From: Eledone cirrhosa
Taxonomy: Eukaryota
DNA: 64,000 bases
Assembly: GCA_964016885.1 (NCBI GenBank)
Contig: OZ024746.1
Span: forward strand, 36,828,001 to 36,892,000
Reading direction: 5' to 3'
The notes beneath the pieces were generated by a model. That model searched no databases. It was given only the letters and a program-made list of their open reading frames with translations, and was not told the DNA's origin. Of the stretch, positions 27,562-40,288 are shown piece after piece. The first letter of the stretch is position 1. The number at the start of each line of letters is the position of its first letter. A program made the translations under genes and the position numbers.

Positions 27562-28243
27562 ATATATGTGTATATATATATATTTATTTTCTTGATATAT
27601 TTCTCTTTTCTTTTTTCTTTTTTCTTTTTTCTGTTTTTCTTTCTATTCTTTCCTCTTTAATGTTTTATTTATTATATTTTATTTTTTTATTTTTCTTAGT
27701 TTATAGATACATTTATATTAGGCAGTCTGCTCAGACCGTTGAATACTGACCCCTCCCCCCCCCTCCCACCTAATTTCTGTATCTTGATCTAAAAATGTGT
27801 GTGCCATTGTTTTATGTGAGTGAATTAATATCCATGTGCTTATGATTTTATATCCACATATATAAATGTGAGTGGGGGTGTGTGTGTGTTTGTATGTTCG
27901 TGGTTATGTGTATATTTATGCATATACGCGCGTGTATGTGTGATTGTACGGATATGTGTGAGTATGAAAAAATATATTTATATACTTAACTTCATAAGTG
28001 TCAATACGCATCTTATCTGCGCATTATAAACTTACAGAGACATTAACCTTGAAATTTTGTATTTGCATCCATCCTTTTAGTATGCGTATACAAATTATAC
28101 ATACATTTTTGTAAAATATGTGTAAGGGTTTTACATGTATATACACACACCGAACTGCATTTAACCCTTTGTGTTTTCATTGGTCAATTTTGTTCCCAAA
28201 CGGACCTGAAATTTTGAATTGTTGTTATTATCAATAAATATAC

Positions 28244-28398
28244 TTCATTATTTCTGAAGACGGCGTATATATGTGTTTGGTATGTATATTTAATCTTGAT
28301 AATTTGTATAATTTTGTATAATTTTGTACATAGATCTGTTGAATATGCATACCAATTCTAACACATATATATCCTAGAAACGATCGTTAAATAATGAA
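28244..28398 (+). ncRNA. Type I hammerhead ribozyme (family C, 3' pseudo-LTR)
   Basis: Same sequence as 21133-21287. Confidence 0.85.
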
Positions 28399-28443
28399 CT
28401 TTTTTTGTTTAATATAAGGAATTGTTTATTCATTATTTGTTTA

Positions 28444-28488
<45 letters not shown>

Positions 28489-28782
28489 TATATATATATA
28501 TTGTTATACTTTGGGAGGGTCATGTTGCCAACAAGAAACACACGCACCAGTGCTTTCACTTCAATTTATTATTAATTAAATTTATAAATGAAGGAATTTA
28601 TAAATGTCCGGTTGGGTGGTTGGTTCCACAACCAGACGATTGTTCATATATTGTCAAAGTTTTTCCGTCACACATTATGTGACCTCTTCAGTGACTGGGG
28701 ATTCTCTTCTTTATTTGTGTGCCTCTCCTTTATTCTGTCCTACGCCATCTTGTTTTTGTGTGTGTTGTGTGCTTAGTTGGCG

Positions 28783-30806
28783 AATTCTGGCGAATCTGGC
28801 TATATGCTAAGGTATTACTAGTTCTAGTATTAAGTTTATTATGGTGAGTTGCTGTGTTATGGCATGTTGGTATGTAATAAATTGATTGTTTTATAACCAG
28901 CTTCAGAGAGAGCTTTATTATAATATTGTGCGTGGTTTATAAATATCTCTTCATTTGCTGATAGCATTGAGATGCTATAGGAGATAGATTTGATTACTGC
29001 TCTGATGACTGCCAGTGGGTGGTTAGAGTGTGGGCTAATATATGTGAGTATTTCCCCCGGTTTATGGTAAGGGTTATAAAGGTTATTGTTGAGATCAAGG
29101 GTGACGTCTAGGAAGTTTACTACTTTATGGTTCAGCTCGATGGTGATAGAGAGACCGTCATTTTTGAAGAATCTATGAAATTGTTTCTTAAGCAAATCGA
29201 TTCCCCGATTAGTGCAATTGTGGACTGCAAATAGGGCGTCGTCCCTGTATATTCCACCTTGCATGGGTGGGATTTCCTCTCTGATGTTACGTAATAGTTA
29301 AATCCCAACTAAATCGGTGACTTGCGCCGAGTCGCTTGAGCCCATCGTAATGTCAAAGTTATCTGTTCTATCTTTTCTAGTCCAGGGTGCTCCGTTGAAT
29401 TCAATGATAGACTGCCTAGCCATAAGTATGATGTTAATCTCATTATTGGTTATGTCCGAGTTGGTGGTTGCTAGGGCTAGTGCTTTGTTGAGCAGATCCG
29501 GGGTTATTGACGCGTAATAGCTGTCTATATCAAATTGGATGAACCTCATAGATTGCTTGGACCTTAGATCGGAGAACCATCTGATGACTTGGCCAGTGTT
29601 GGACTACAACTTGTAGGTGTTATTATCCCGTAGCCCAGGGATTAACCTATCAAGGATGTTCTTAATGATGCGGCCCAGGTCAGATGTGGTTGGGCTTATG
29701 AGTATAATGGATGGGTTCTCTATAAAGTTTGGCTTGTGGTCATTGAGAGAGAACCTTGGGATTGTTGGTACATAAGGGTGGGTAAATCTATCCAAATGCA
29801 AGTCCTTAACCAAAGCCTGGGCTTTTCGGTTAAGTACGTTTACACCGGAGGGTGTAGTTTTTTTAATAGTTTTTGTTGATTTCTTTAAGAAGGAAAGAGT
29901 TGTAAATTTCAGGAGTCATGGTGTATAGATTGTTGGTTTTGTCAGACATAACATGTAAGAGGTTGCTATCCTTAAATTTGTTTATAGTTGTTGCTAATAT
30001 AGTGAGGAAGTTATTCATGTGTCTATAATGCTTTTTGAACTTAATGCTCCTGACGAAGTTGAATAAATCTTTCTCAAAAGGGTCCAGCAGGATGTTGTGT
30101 GGGGGGTTCTTGCATGTGGCAAATCCATATCTATTTGCTGTACTTCCGGCGTCAGCAGCAACCTCACGGTCAAAGTGGTACGCTTTCCATCGTATTCTTC
30201 GGATGAAAGAGTTGACACTCTGTATTAATAGTTTGAGGTATGTCTTTCTGTCCGGAATAGGTATGGACTTAAGCGATATTCTGAGTTCCTGTTTGCTCAA
30301 CATGGTGATTTCTAACAGTAAATAGCTCAACTACGGGAGCTCAAGTATACACAGTTCAAGAGTAACCAATCTTAAAGAGAGAGATTGAGATAGTAGAGTA
30401 GATATGAGAGGAAAGATTGGTGAGTTAGTTAGAAGCCAAAGCGTAAAGGCATGTGCTCAATGTGCAATATGCAGTAGAAAGCAGCTAGGTGGCTGGGTTC
30501 ATGCAGAGGTTAGGTGCGCAGAGATGGAAATAATCATTAGTTAAGCAAAACAAGACCACACATTTCACAAGGAAGACATTATTAAAAAATTGTCAACATA
30601 TTTAGTTTGATGTAAGGAATGTAGAGAATAATAATAATAATATTAATAATAATAATGCTCGTTTACAATTGTTTCGCTACTCCGTATAATATTTCTGGAT
30701 CAGATGACTATGTATCATAATTGATCTGGTTCAGTTGAAAATAATTAACATATTTAAAAAAACAGAGTGGCTCATCGGAACTCAAAGGAATATAAATTAA
30801 AATAAT
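28783..30806 (-). pseudogene. PLE family A pseudo-LTR plus RT, degenerate
   Basis: Mirror of 13818-15840 with the same stops; ATG at 30303. Confidence 0.9.
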
Positions 30807-30992
30807 TGTTTCTACTTTTGGCACAAGGCCAGCAATTATCGCAGTACATTACTGGTACTTTATTTTATCGACCCCGTAAGGATGAAAGGCAAAGTTAACC
30901 TCGGCGGGATTTGAACTCAGATCGTAAAGGGACGTAACTATGCTGGAAAGCATGTCCGACCCTCTACCGATACTGCCAATTTACCGCCATTC
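30807..30992 (-). mobile_element. tRNA-derived SINE, full length
   Basis: Minus strand GGCGGTAAATTGGCAGTATCGG..GAGTTCAAATCCCGCC..TTTGCCTTTCATCCTTACGGGGTCGAT..CCTTGTGCCAAAAGTAGAAACA. Confidence 0.85.
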
Positions 30993-31009
30993 TTTTTTTT
31001 TTTTTCTTT

Positions 31010-31127
31010 ACGCTACGGCACTTAGGGTTCCCAGGCGGTCACCCATCCAAGTACTAACTAGGCTCGACGTTGCTTAACTTCGGTGATCGGACGAGAACCG
31101 GTGTTTTCAGCGTGATATGGCCGTAAA
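31010..31127 (-). rRNA. 5S rRNA copy, probably a retroposed pseudogene
   Basis: Minus strand TTACGGCCATATCACGCTGAAAACACCGGTTCTCGTCCGATCACCGAAGTTAAGCAACGTCGAGCCTAGTTAGTACTTGGATGGGTGACCGCCTGGGAACCCTAAGTGCCGTAG; followed by an A-tract rather than an oligo-T terminator. Confidence 0.92.
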
Positions 31128-31672
31128 TATAAATTAAAATAATGTTACATAATATAATGTTCCATATATTAGTTTTTACTATGGTGCTTTAGTTTCATCA
31201 GCTGTCAGCCATAATCATGCAGAACTCATCTGTCGAGGCTGCATTGTGTGAGATCTGCTATGGGTAACAAGATGGCTGCCTAAGGGCATATTTACCTTAC
31301 TAATTAGAGGGTGGTTTCAGGGGAAGTAACTTCTCGAGAGATTAGAGATTGTGTGTATTTTATAGTTAAGTGCTAGTATTTAAATTATTTAATTGAGAGA
31401 CAATGTAGGGGAAGTAACTTATAATTATCGAGTTGTTCATAGCAATTTAACTTATTAGCTACAATTAGAGATGGGGCTACATGGCTAAGCTGGGTCAAAA
31501 ACTCTATTGGCGAAGGAATTAGCCCTTCGATGTTGACAGCTAATGGTTACCTCAGTTCTATCGTTAATTGGCAGACGTCTTGATAGAGTTATGTAATACG
31601 CTTCTGTAACACAGAGATCACAAGATTTCCTTCGTCAATTGAACAGTTGTGCCCTAGCTACGATATCCCATT
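31126..31672 (-). mobile_element. PLE family A 3' part (end of endonuclease and 3' UTR); upstream partner of a tandem
   Basis: Reverse complement of about 33165-33712; continuous with the pseudo-LTR at 30806 once the 5S-SINE insertion is removed. Confidence 0.85.
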
Positions 31673-31832
31673 TTAGTGAGTGTTGACTTGCGCGGAGTCG
31701 CTTGAGCCCATCGTAATGTCAAAGTTATCTGTTCTATCTTTTCTAGTCCAGAGTGCTCCGTTGAATTCAATGATAGTCTGCCTAGCCATGATTATGATGT
31801 TAATCTCTTATTGGTTATGTCCGATTGGTTAT

Positions 31833-33970
31833 GTCACCGATTTAGTTGGGATTTACCTATTACGTAACATCAGAGCCGAAATCCAACCAATGCAAGGTGG
31901 AATATACAGGGAGGACGCCCTATTTGCAGTCCACAATTACACTACCCGGGGAATCGATTTGCTTAAGAAACAATTTCATAGATTTTTCAAAAATAACGGT
32001 CTCTATCACCATCGAGCTGAACCATAAAGTAGTAAACTTCCTAGACGTCACCCTTGATCTCAACAATAACCTTTATAACCCTTACCATAAACCGGGTGAA
32101 ATACTCGCATATATTAGCCCACACTCTAACCACCCTCCGGCAGTTATCAGAACAGTAATCAAATCTATCTCCTATAGGATCTCAATGCTATCAGCAAATG
32201 AAGAGATATTTATAAACCACGCACAATATTATAATAAGGCTCCCTCTGAATCTGGTTATAAACAATCAATTTATTACATACCAAAATGCCATAACACAGC
32301 AACTCACCATAATAAACTTAACACTAGAACTAGTAATACCTTAGCAAATAGCCAGATTCGCCGGAATTTTAGCAGTAACAGCACCTATACAAGGAACTTT
32401 AATGGTGGCAGTGGCCTGCTCCCCACTCCTAGTAGCAAATTAAGAATCAACCCTAGAATAGGAATGAGAAATGTGATCACAAATAACAAACCCCCAGGTA
32501 ATAATAACCCTAGGAAGGCCCCTACCAACTCTACTAGAACCCCTAGAAAGAATAGGCCTTGAAATATCACCTGGCTTAACCCACCATTCTCATCTAATCT
32601 AGCCACTAATATCCCCAATCGCTTCTTCTCTATCCTATCCAAACACTTCCCCCTAGCCATAGATATTACAAACTCGTTAATAAAAACAACATTAAAATCT
32701 CATTCTCCACTACACCTAACCTAGCTAGCCACATCGCGTTCAGTAACCATCATAAGCTAAGACACTATAACACCCACACTGCGGTACCACCACCCCTATC
32801 AAATACACCATGCCACTACACCAATAATTACTCTAGTAGCACACCTCCCCCATCTAATCCTTCTAGCACGGACCAACTGCTTAGGTTAAATAACCCTACT
32901 CTCAATAACCGCAGAAGCAACAGCAACTGACGCTACCCCAATGCATGCCCATTAAATGGACACTGCCTTACACCCAACATAGTCTATAGGTGCACAGTTG
33001 AGACTGCTTCGAATACCAGCTCTTACTTCGGGTCTACCTCTAACCCTCTTAAGGTACTCTATAATGTGCACTCTTTTTCCTTCCGAGACCCTAACAACAG
33101 ATGTTCGACATCGCTAGCTAGGCTCATTAAAAACCTTACATTAAACAAAGTTCAACACTCCTAAAATGGGATATCGTAGCAAGGGCACAACTGTTCAATG
33201 GACGAAGGAAATCTTGTGATCTCTGTGTTACGGAAGCGTATTACATAACTCTATCAAGACCTCTACCAATTAACGATAGAACTGAGGTAACCATTAGCTG
33301 TCAACATCGAAGGGCTAATTCCTTCGCCAATAGAGTTTTTGACCCAACTTAGCCATGTAGCCCCATCTCTAATTGTAGCTAATAAGTTAAATTGCTATGA
33401 ACAACTCGATAATTATAAGTTACTTCCCCTACATTGTCTCTCAATTAAATAATTTAAATACTAGCACTTAACTATACAATACACACAATCTCTAATCTGT
33501 CGAGAAGTTACTTCCCCTGAAACCACCCTCTAATTAGTAAGGTAAATATGCCCTTTGGCAGCCATCTTGTTACCCATAGGCAGATCTCACACAATGCAGC
33601 CTCGACAGATGAATACTGCTTGATTATGGCTGACAGCTGATGAAACAAAAGCACCATAGTAAAAACTAATATATGGAACATTATATTATGTAACATTATT
33701 TTAATTTATATTCCTTTGAGTTCCGATGAGCGACTCTGTTTTTTGAAATATGTTAATTATTTTCAACTGAACCAGATCAATTATGATACATAGTCATCTG
33801 ATCCAGAAATATTATACGGAGTAGCGAAACAATTGTAAACGGGCATTATTATTATTATTATTATTAATATTATTATTATTATTATTATTATCTACATTCC
33901 TTACATTTTGACAATATTTTAATAATGTCTTCCTTGTGAAATTTGTTGTCTTGTTTTTCTTAACTAATGA
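31833..33970 (+). pseudogene. PLE family A 3' half (RT motif C, linker, GIY-YIG, 3' UTR, pseudo-LTR), degenerate
   Basis: GIYRED, VNFLDV, ITWLNPPFS, ACPLNGHCL, IVYRC..YFG, CDLC..E; several stops and frameshifts; preceded by inverted RT piece 31683-31822. Confidence 0.88.
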
Positions 33971-34009
33971 ATATATATATATATATATATAGATAGATAG
34001 ATAGATATA

Positions 34010-34315
<306 letters not shown>

Positions 34316-35489
34316 ATATATATGCTTGTATGCCTGTATCTATATATATATATAAGTTTGCATGCATGAGTGAATACACTAAGCTTTAGATTTAGTAGAA
34401 TGTGCAACCAATGATTCAAGCTATTTTCACTATCGTATATTTTGGTTTCTAGTAATTCCCTGGGGAATTGGTTGACCAAACGCTTTATTTAATTGTTTTA
34501 TTTATTTTAAGAAAAATTTTATTCTTTCTCTTCAATTTCAGGGCTTTTTCAAAGCAAAGCATTGGCACCTAAAATACCACAGTGGTCTCTGCAATGCTAC
34601 TGTGTCCTCTTGCAATGCCACCGTGGTGGCCCACCTGCCATTGGGCAACCAGGCGACCTGGCCAGTCCACCACTGCACTTATATCTAAAACCTTGATTGG
34701 ATTCGACATCCATTGATATCATTATCAGAGAGGATCCACTATACAGATATAGTTGGCTAGGGGATACAATTACAATAGCGTAAAGATATGTTTTTAGATA
34801 ACGAATGTTTGTTGGCATAATTTTTCTCTGGTTATGTCGACTATTTGTATACAGACATTTAATTGATTTTGAATGAAATTGGTAATTGTATACTATCAAC
34901 TAGGTTATGCAATATCATGAATGCGTGAGTAACTTATGTGTGTTGGTATGTTGCTAAACACTTCCCAGTATAAGGATGGTAGTATTTATGTGAATGTATG
35001 CAACTGCTTCTTTATATACATGCACATTTTTTCTGGATAGTTATATCTCCGTATTTAGCCTTAATACTATTGATATGAAGGTAAACATCTTATAGCCTCT
35101 AAATGGGTCTACGTATTTTAATGTGTGCTGAGACACAATTCATGATATGTAGATCTATAGGGGCATCTATGTATGGTGTCATGTGTGTATATATATATAT
35201 GTGTTTGGGGGTGGCTGGGGTGTTGTTGGCGTGAGTATGAATTGTTTGGTAACACTTTAATGAGATATATAGATATATATATGTATATGTGTGTGTACAC
35301 ATCTGTAGGTGGGCCAATGTGCCTATGTGAGTATATGTAATTTTGTGTGTATGTGAATGAGTCCCTCTATATACATGTTTTCATAAGGTCATAAATGCTA
35401 TTCATTTTAAACGTATTTACATTACACCCCAGGAAAGAAAAGGGAGTTAAATTAAAAGAATTATTTTCCTTTATTAGAAGTAAAATAAC

Positions 35490-35805
35490 GATTTCTGATT
35501 TAGGCACAAGGGCCATAATATTGGGTCCGAGGTATGTCGATTAAATTGAATCGAGTGAGTGACTGGTACGTTATTTTATCGACCCAGTAAGGATGAAAAG
35601 CAAAGCTAACCTCGGCAAGATAATAATTATTTCTACTTTTGGCACAAGGCAAGAAATTACCTAGTACATTACAGGTACTTTATTTTATCGACCCCGTAAA
35701 GATGAGAGGCAAAGTTAACCTTGGCTTGATTTGAACTCAGAATGGCAAGGGCCGTAACTTTATGCGTCAAAGCATGGCGTCCGACACTCTACCGATACTG
35801 CTAAT
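35490..35805 (-). mobile_element. Two adjacent tRNA-SINE copies (one partial, one near full length)
   Basis: GGCACAAGG, TTATTTTATCGACCC..GGATGA.A.GCAAAG.TAACC motifs occur twice. Confidence 0.75.
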
Positions 35806-37416
35806 CTATTGTTTCTTTTGGGTTTTTAGACTAATTTTTAAAATCCTTTTTTATTTCTGAAAAATCAGAAAAATACGCTACGACAACCAGATAGAAAAAA
35901 ATACGTTAATTGTCTTTATATTTACACGTTACAAATGAATCCTATCCGATACGGGGTATGGTGATAGGGAGCGTATGGTGATAGGGATCGAAGGTGGCGA
36001 GTTAGGGAGGAATGTGGTGTTAGTGGTGGAGGGGGTCTGTTAGTTAGGTAGTGCTATTCATGGGCTGAACGGAAGGTTATATGGGTGTGCCTGGTAAACT
36101 GTTAGTGTGTGCTGTGTTGTTCGAGAGATGGAGAGTATATTGGTGTTTGTGCGTTTGTGTGTGTGTGTCTGTGTATGGTGATTTTAGGTATGTGGGTATA
36201 ACGGTGGTGGAGGGTCAAGTGGAGATTTAGAGGGTGGATAATAGTGTCAGAAGTCTGTTGTAGATTAGTCGGTGCTGGAGTCGGGAGAAAGAGGTCTATT
36301 TTGGTGGGTGAAAGAAGGGCTTTGTGTTAAGGGTGTAACTAGCATAGGCTAGTCGATGGTTATGGATGTGTGTTGGAAAGGAAGAGCGTGGTGGTATCTA
36401 AGGTTGGGTGTGTGTGTGTGTGGAGATAAGATATGTAGTTGATGGACGAGAGAAAAGAGTATTCAACACCGAAGTAGAGTTTTAATATTATTCTGTTATG
36501 TCTAAACACTGTGTCTTGTTATTTTTTGGTGTGCAAGGGAAACACTGGTGCTCACTTGCCATTGGGCAAACTGGCAACCTGGAAAGTCCACCACTGCCTA
36601 AAACATCATCTTCTCATTTCATTTTATCAGAATCCAAAGTATCATTCTAGAGTGTTTGATTCGCAATGTTTCAAACGTCAGACGTGATACGTTGCCGAAT
36701 ATGTACGATTCTATGTGTTCTGACTTCGAATACAACTGTTTCTAGTGCATTATTCACACAAGCTTTCCAGTTTATTGGTGGCTTTTTCTTTCCCGCCTAA
36801 TAGACAAAGTTGCATTGACCAATTCCATTAACACTTTCTAATCCTGCGTGAATTAACAACAAAAAAAAACGTTCGATGTTAGAACGAATACATCTCATAA
36901 ATGTGACAGAGATTACATTCCTTGTATTGCAAAGACCCATCTACACACAGGTTCTTTTCGACAACCCTGGTAAATAATAATCACAATGAAGTAAAATAAA
37001 TATTATTATTAATGGCAGAATAAAGATATAAACATTTTTTTTATCAGGGAAAGGAAGCCAAAAATATGTTTGTAATGCTGGTTTAAATAAATTATTACGA
37101 ATATTAGTAGTATGTATAAACGAAGTAATATCTATAAGAATGATCCCTGATAACATAACATACCTATTCATATATACACTACATTACATGTTAAAAAACT
37201 TATACATGATAAATATATTTACACAGAAGAAAAGATAACGCCATATCTGCAGAGAAGCTATAAAAGGTCACACATGATGCAACAATTAAGATTATACACA
37301 CACACCCACAAAGAAAACGCACGCACACCACACACACACAGACATATATATATATAAATATATATATATATATGCATGTATGTATGTATGTATGTATGTA
37401 TGCATATATATCTATG

Positions 37417-37490
<74 letters not shown>

Positions 37491-37842
37491 ATATATATGA
37501 TATTTATGCATCTCGATATCAAGGACACCCATAGTGGCACGAGAGATATATTTCCCTTTGCAATGTTTTGCATTCGTCTATGCTCTAGTGATGGATATGT
37601 AAAAAAAAGTAACACACGTGTAAGGTGTCTTTACTTAAATATTTCAATGATGGTATCAAAGAAGAGATCAACATAATTATTTGCCATTGAATCCCAGGTT
37701 TTATTTCAGATATTTCCTTCTCCAAGAAGGACCAGGGATCTTCACTCTCTCCAGAATAAACGCGCTCTCAGGCACAAAACCGAAAATGTACACGTCCCTA
37801 TGTGTGTGTGTGTGTGTATGTGTGTGTGTGCGTGTGTGTGTA

Positions 37843-37943
<101 letters not shown>

Positions 37944-38009
37944 ATGTATATGTGTATGCCTACATGTATGTATGTAAGCATGTGCATATTGCTGTATAAA
38001 TAATGGTTT

Positions 38010-38120
38010 ATTATATAGGCAAAAGGGTAGCCATTTTGGTGTAGGGAAACGTCGATTAAATCGACCAAAGTGCGTGACTGATACTATCTGATCGACCCCG
38101 CAAGGATGAAAGGCAAGATT
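38010..38120 (-). mobile_element. SINE 3' fragment
   Basis: ATCGACCCCGCAAGGATGAAAGGCAA core. Confidence 0.6.
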
Positions 38121-38472
38121 GGTAGGAAATTGTGGAGGTTAGTTGAAGAAGTTATTAAACTTAGTTTGATAATGCTGAATATGTTAAGTAAATGTTCGTC
38201 TATATTCTGATATTAGTAGTGCCTCTATATTTATTCGCCAAGACATAATATGAATTCTATATACAATTATAATGTTAAAGATTTATGTAGTCCCATCAAA
38301 TAGGTTGTGTGCATGCACTGTATAGTAATATTTTGCAATAGCTCATTTTTAAGTGTATGTTTTAAAAAATTCCATGATTGACATTTCCCTTGGACGTTAC
38401 GACAAAATAGGAATAGTCAGCCAATATGAGAGCTCTATTAGCCTGTTGATACTAATTATCTTAGACATGCTT

Positions 38473-38490
38473 GAAGAAGAAGAAGAAGAA

Positions 38491-38537
<47 letters not shown>

Positions 38538-38673
38538 AGAAGAAGAAGAAGAAGAAGAAGAAGAAGAAGAAGAAGAAGAAGAAGAAGAAGAAGAAGAAGA
38601 AGATGATGATGATGATGATGATGATGATGATAAGGATGATGTTGACGATGATGATGGTGATGATGATGACGAT
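38473..38673. repeat. (GAA)n(GAT)n compound microsatellite
   Basis: Direct read. Confidence 0.95.
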
Positions 38674-39246
38674 GGCGGCAAAATCAGTGTTGAGATGCAG
38701 AATATAGATAATAAAAAAAAACACGTTTAACACTTAAAAGGGAAAATAAATTACTACGAGGAAATCTAAACAATAATACAAGAACAATGGTCAAAGAAAC
38801 AACAAGGTCAAAGAAAAGAATACAAAATAAAAAAAAAGATTCTTTAAAATATATATTCCCTAAAAATAATACATGTGCACACGCATAACATTTGTATTTA
38901 TATCAGTATGAAACCGACATACATAAAACTGAAAGAGTTTTGTTTAAATGTATAGAAATTATAATGTGTATGATTAATAGTATGTGAATGTGTGCGCCTG
39001 TAAATTTGACTTTACTTCATTTGCGTATGATCCCATGGCAATAGTAAAAGATACGCATATTACTGCATGTGTCCATGCGTATGTGTAGGTATGTATCTAT
39101 CTATGTTTTGCCTCTCTCACTCACTGGTCCATCCTCTCTCCCTTCCTCTCTTTCTCTCTCCCAAAATATACATATATACGCACATCAAACCACATATTTA
39201 TATATGTACACGTGCACACACACACAAACACACACACACACACACT

Positions 39247-39277
<31 letters not shown>

Positions 39278-39292
39278 GTAATTACATATATG

Positions 39293-39355
<63 letters not shown>

Positions 39356-40045
39356 CACACACACACACAAACGTATATATGTACATACATAATAATGAGC
39401 GTGTAAGTTTATGGAAGAGGCATGCCAAAATCATGAATATAGTAGTAAATCGTGATGATTTCTAAAACATGCTATGAAAACTATAAAAGAAAACGAAACG
39501 ACGTGTCTTTATATATTACAAGAAACACATAAAAATGTGATGGTGTAGCATGTAATTTGATAATTAATTTTCCATCCCTCATGTTTATCCTCATGCATAT
39601 CTGATACTTCACTCTATTTGTTTAGTTTCTGCCTGTTTGTATATCTTTGTGCTAGAGGTCTTTGTTTCGCATGTTATTTTCATTATTGTTTTTTAACTGG
39701 TGTTGTGCGTGATGGTGTAATTGGTGGTATTATTGGAATCTGTATTACAGGCATTTTTGACTTTGATGTTATATTAGTGTTGCCTTTTATTTTAAAGAAA
39801 ATGTTCGTGCTGGACTGCACTGGGATAACTTTACAAGGGCTTGTTAGGAAATAGCTAAAGTCTTGCAGAAATACACATATGTTTTAATAGCGTAAATCAC
39901 ATGCACAAACATCGTGCACAAACACAATGACACACACACACACACACACATGCACATACACTAAAAAAACACACACACACTTACACAGGTACACACAAAA
40001 ACACTCAAACATATATTCATATACAAACACATAAACGTACACAAA

Positions 40046-40221
<176 letters not shown>

Positions 40222-40288
40222 TCTATCTCTCTATCTATATATATGTCTCTCTCAATATATATATATTGGTCACTACATATTCTATAAC

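Larger units (their letters stand above)
21082..28452 (+). mobile_element. Near full-length Penelope-like retroelement family C with direct pseudo-LTRs
   Basis: Direct repeats 21082-21341 and 28193-28452 flank the RT/GIY-YIG ORF and a ~4.1 kb 3' UTR; ends in (TA)n. Confidence 0.92.
23553..30867. repeat. Right arm of 7.3 kb inverted duplication
   Basis: Reverse complement of 13756-21082. Confidence 0.95.

Noticed and set aside
31010-31127. Functional 5S rRNA gene
   Set aside because: No oligo-T terminator, altered termini, A-tail, and it lies inside a TSD-flanked insertion rather than an array
32922-32933. TGA at a Cys position of the CxC motif as selenocysteine (as in Naiad PLEs)
   Set aside because: The neighbouring Cys is also mutated (AGC), the copy has other stops and frameshifts, the element has a C-terminal endonuclease unlike Naiads, and no SECIS was recognised
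34620-34676. Shared ~50 bp end with 36545-36596 (..GTCCACCACTG) as hAT/MITE TIRs of one element
   Set aside because: Both copies are in the same orientation, so they are not a TIR pair; no TSD or partner end was found
38353-38730. Poly-Glu/Asp acidic protein ORF
   Set aside because: (GAA)n(GAT)n microsatellite open in several frames, with no other coding signal
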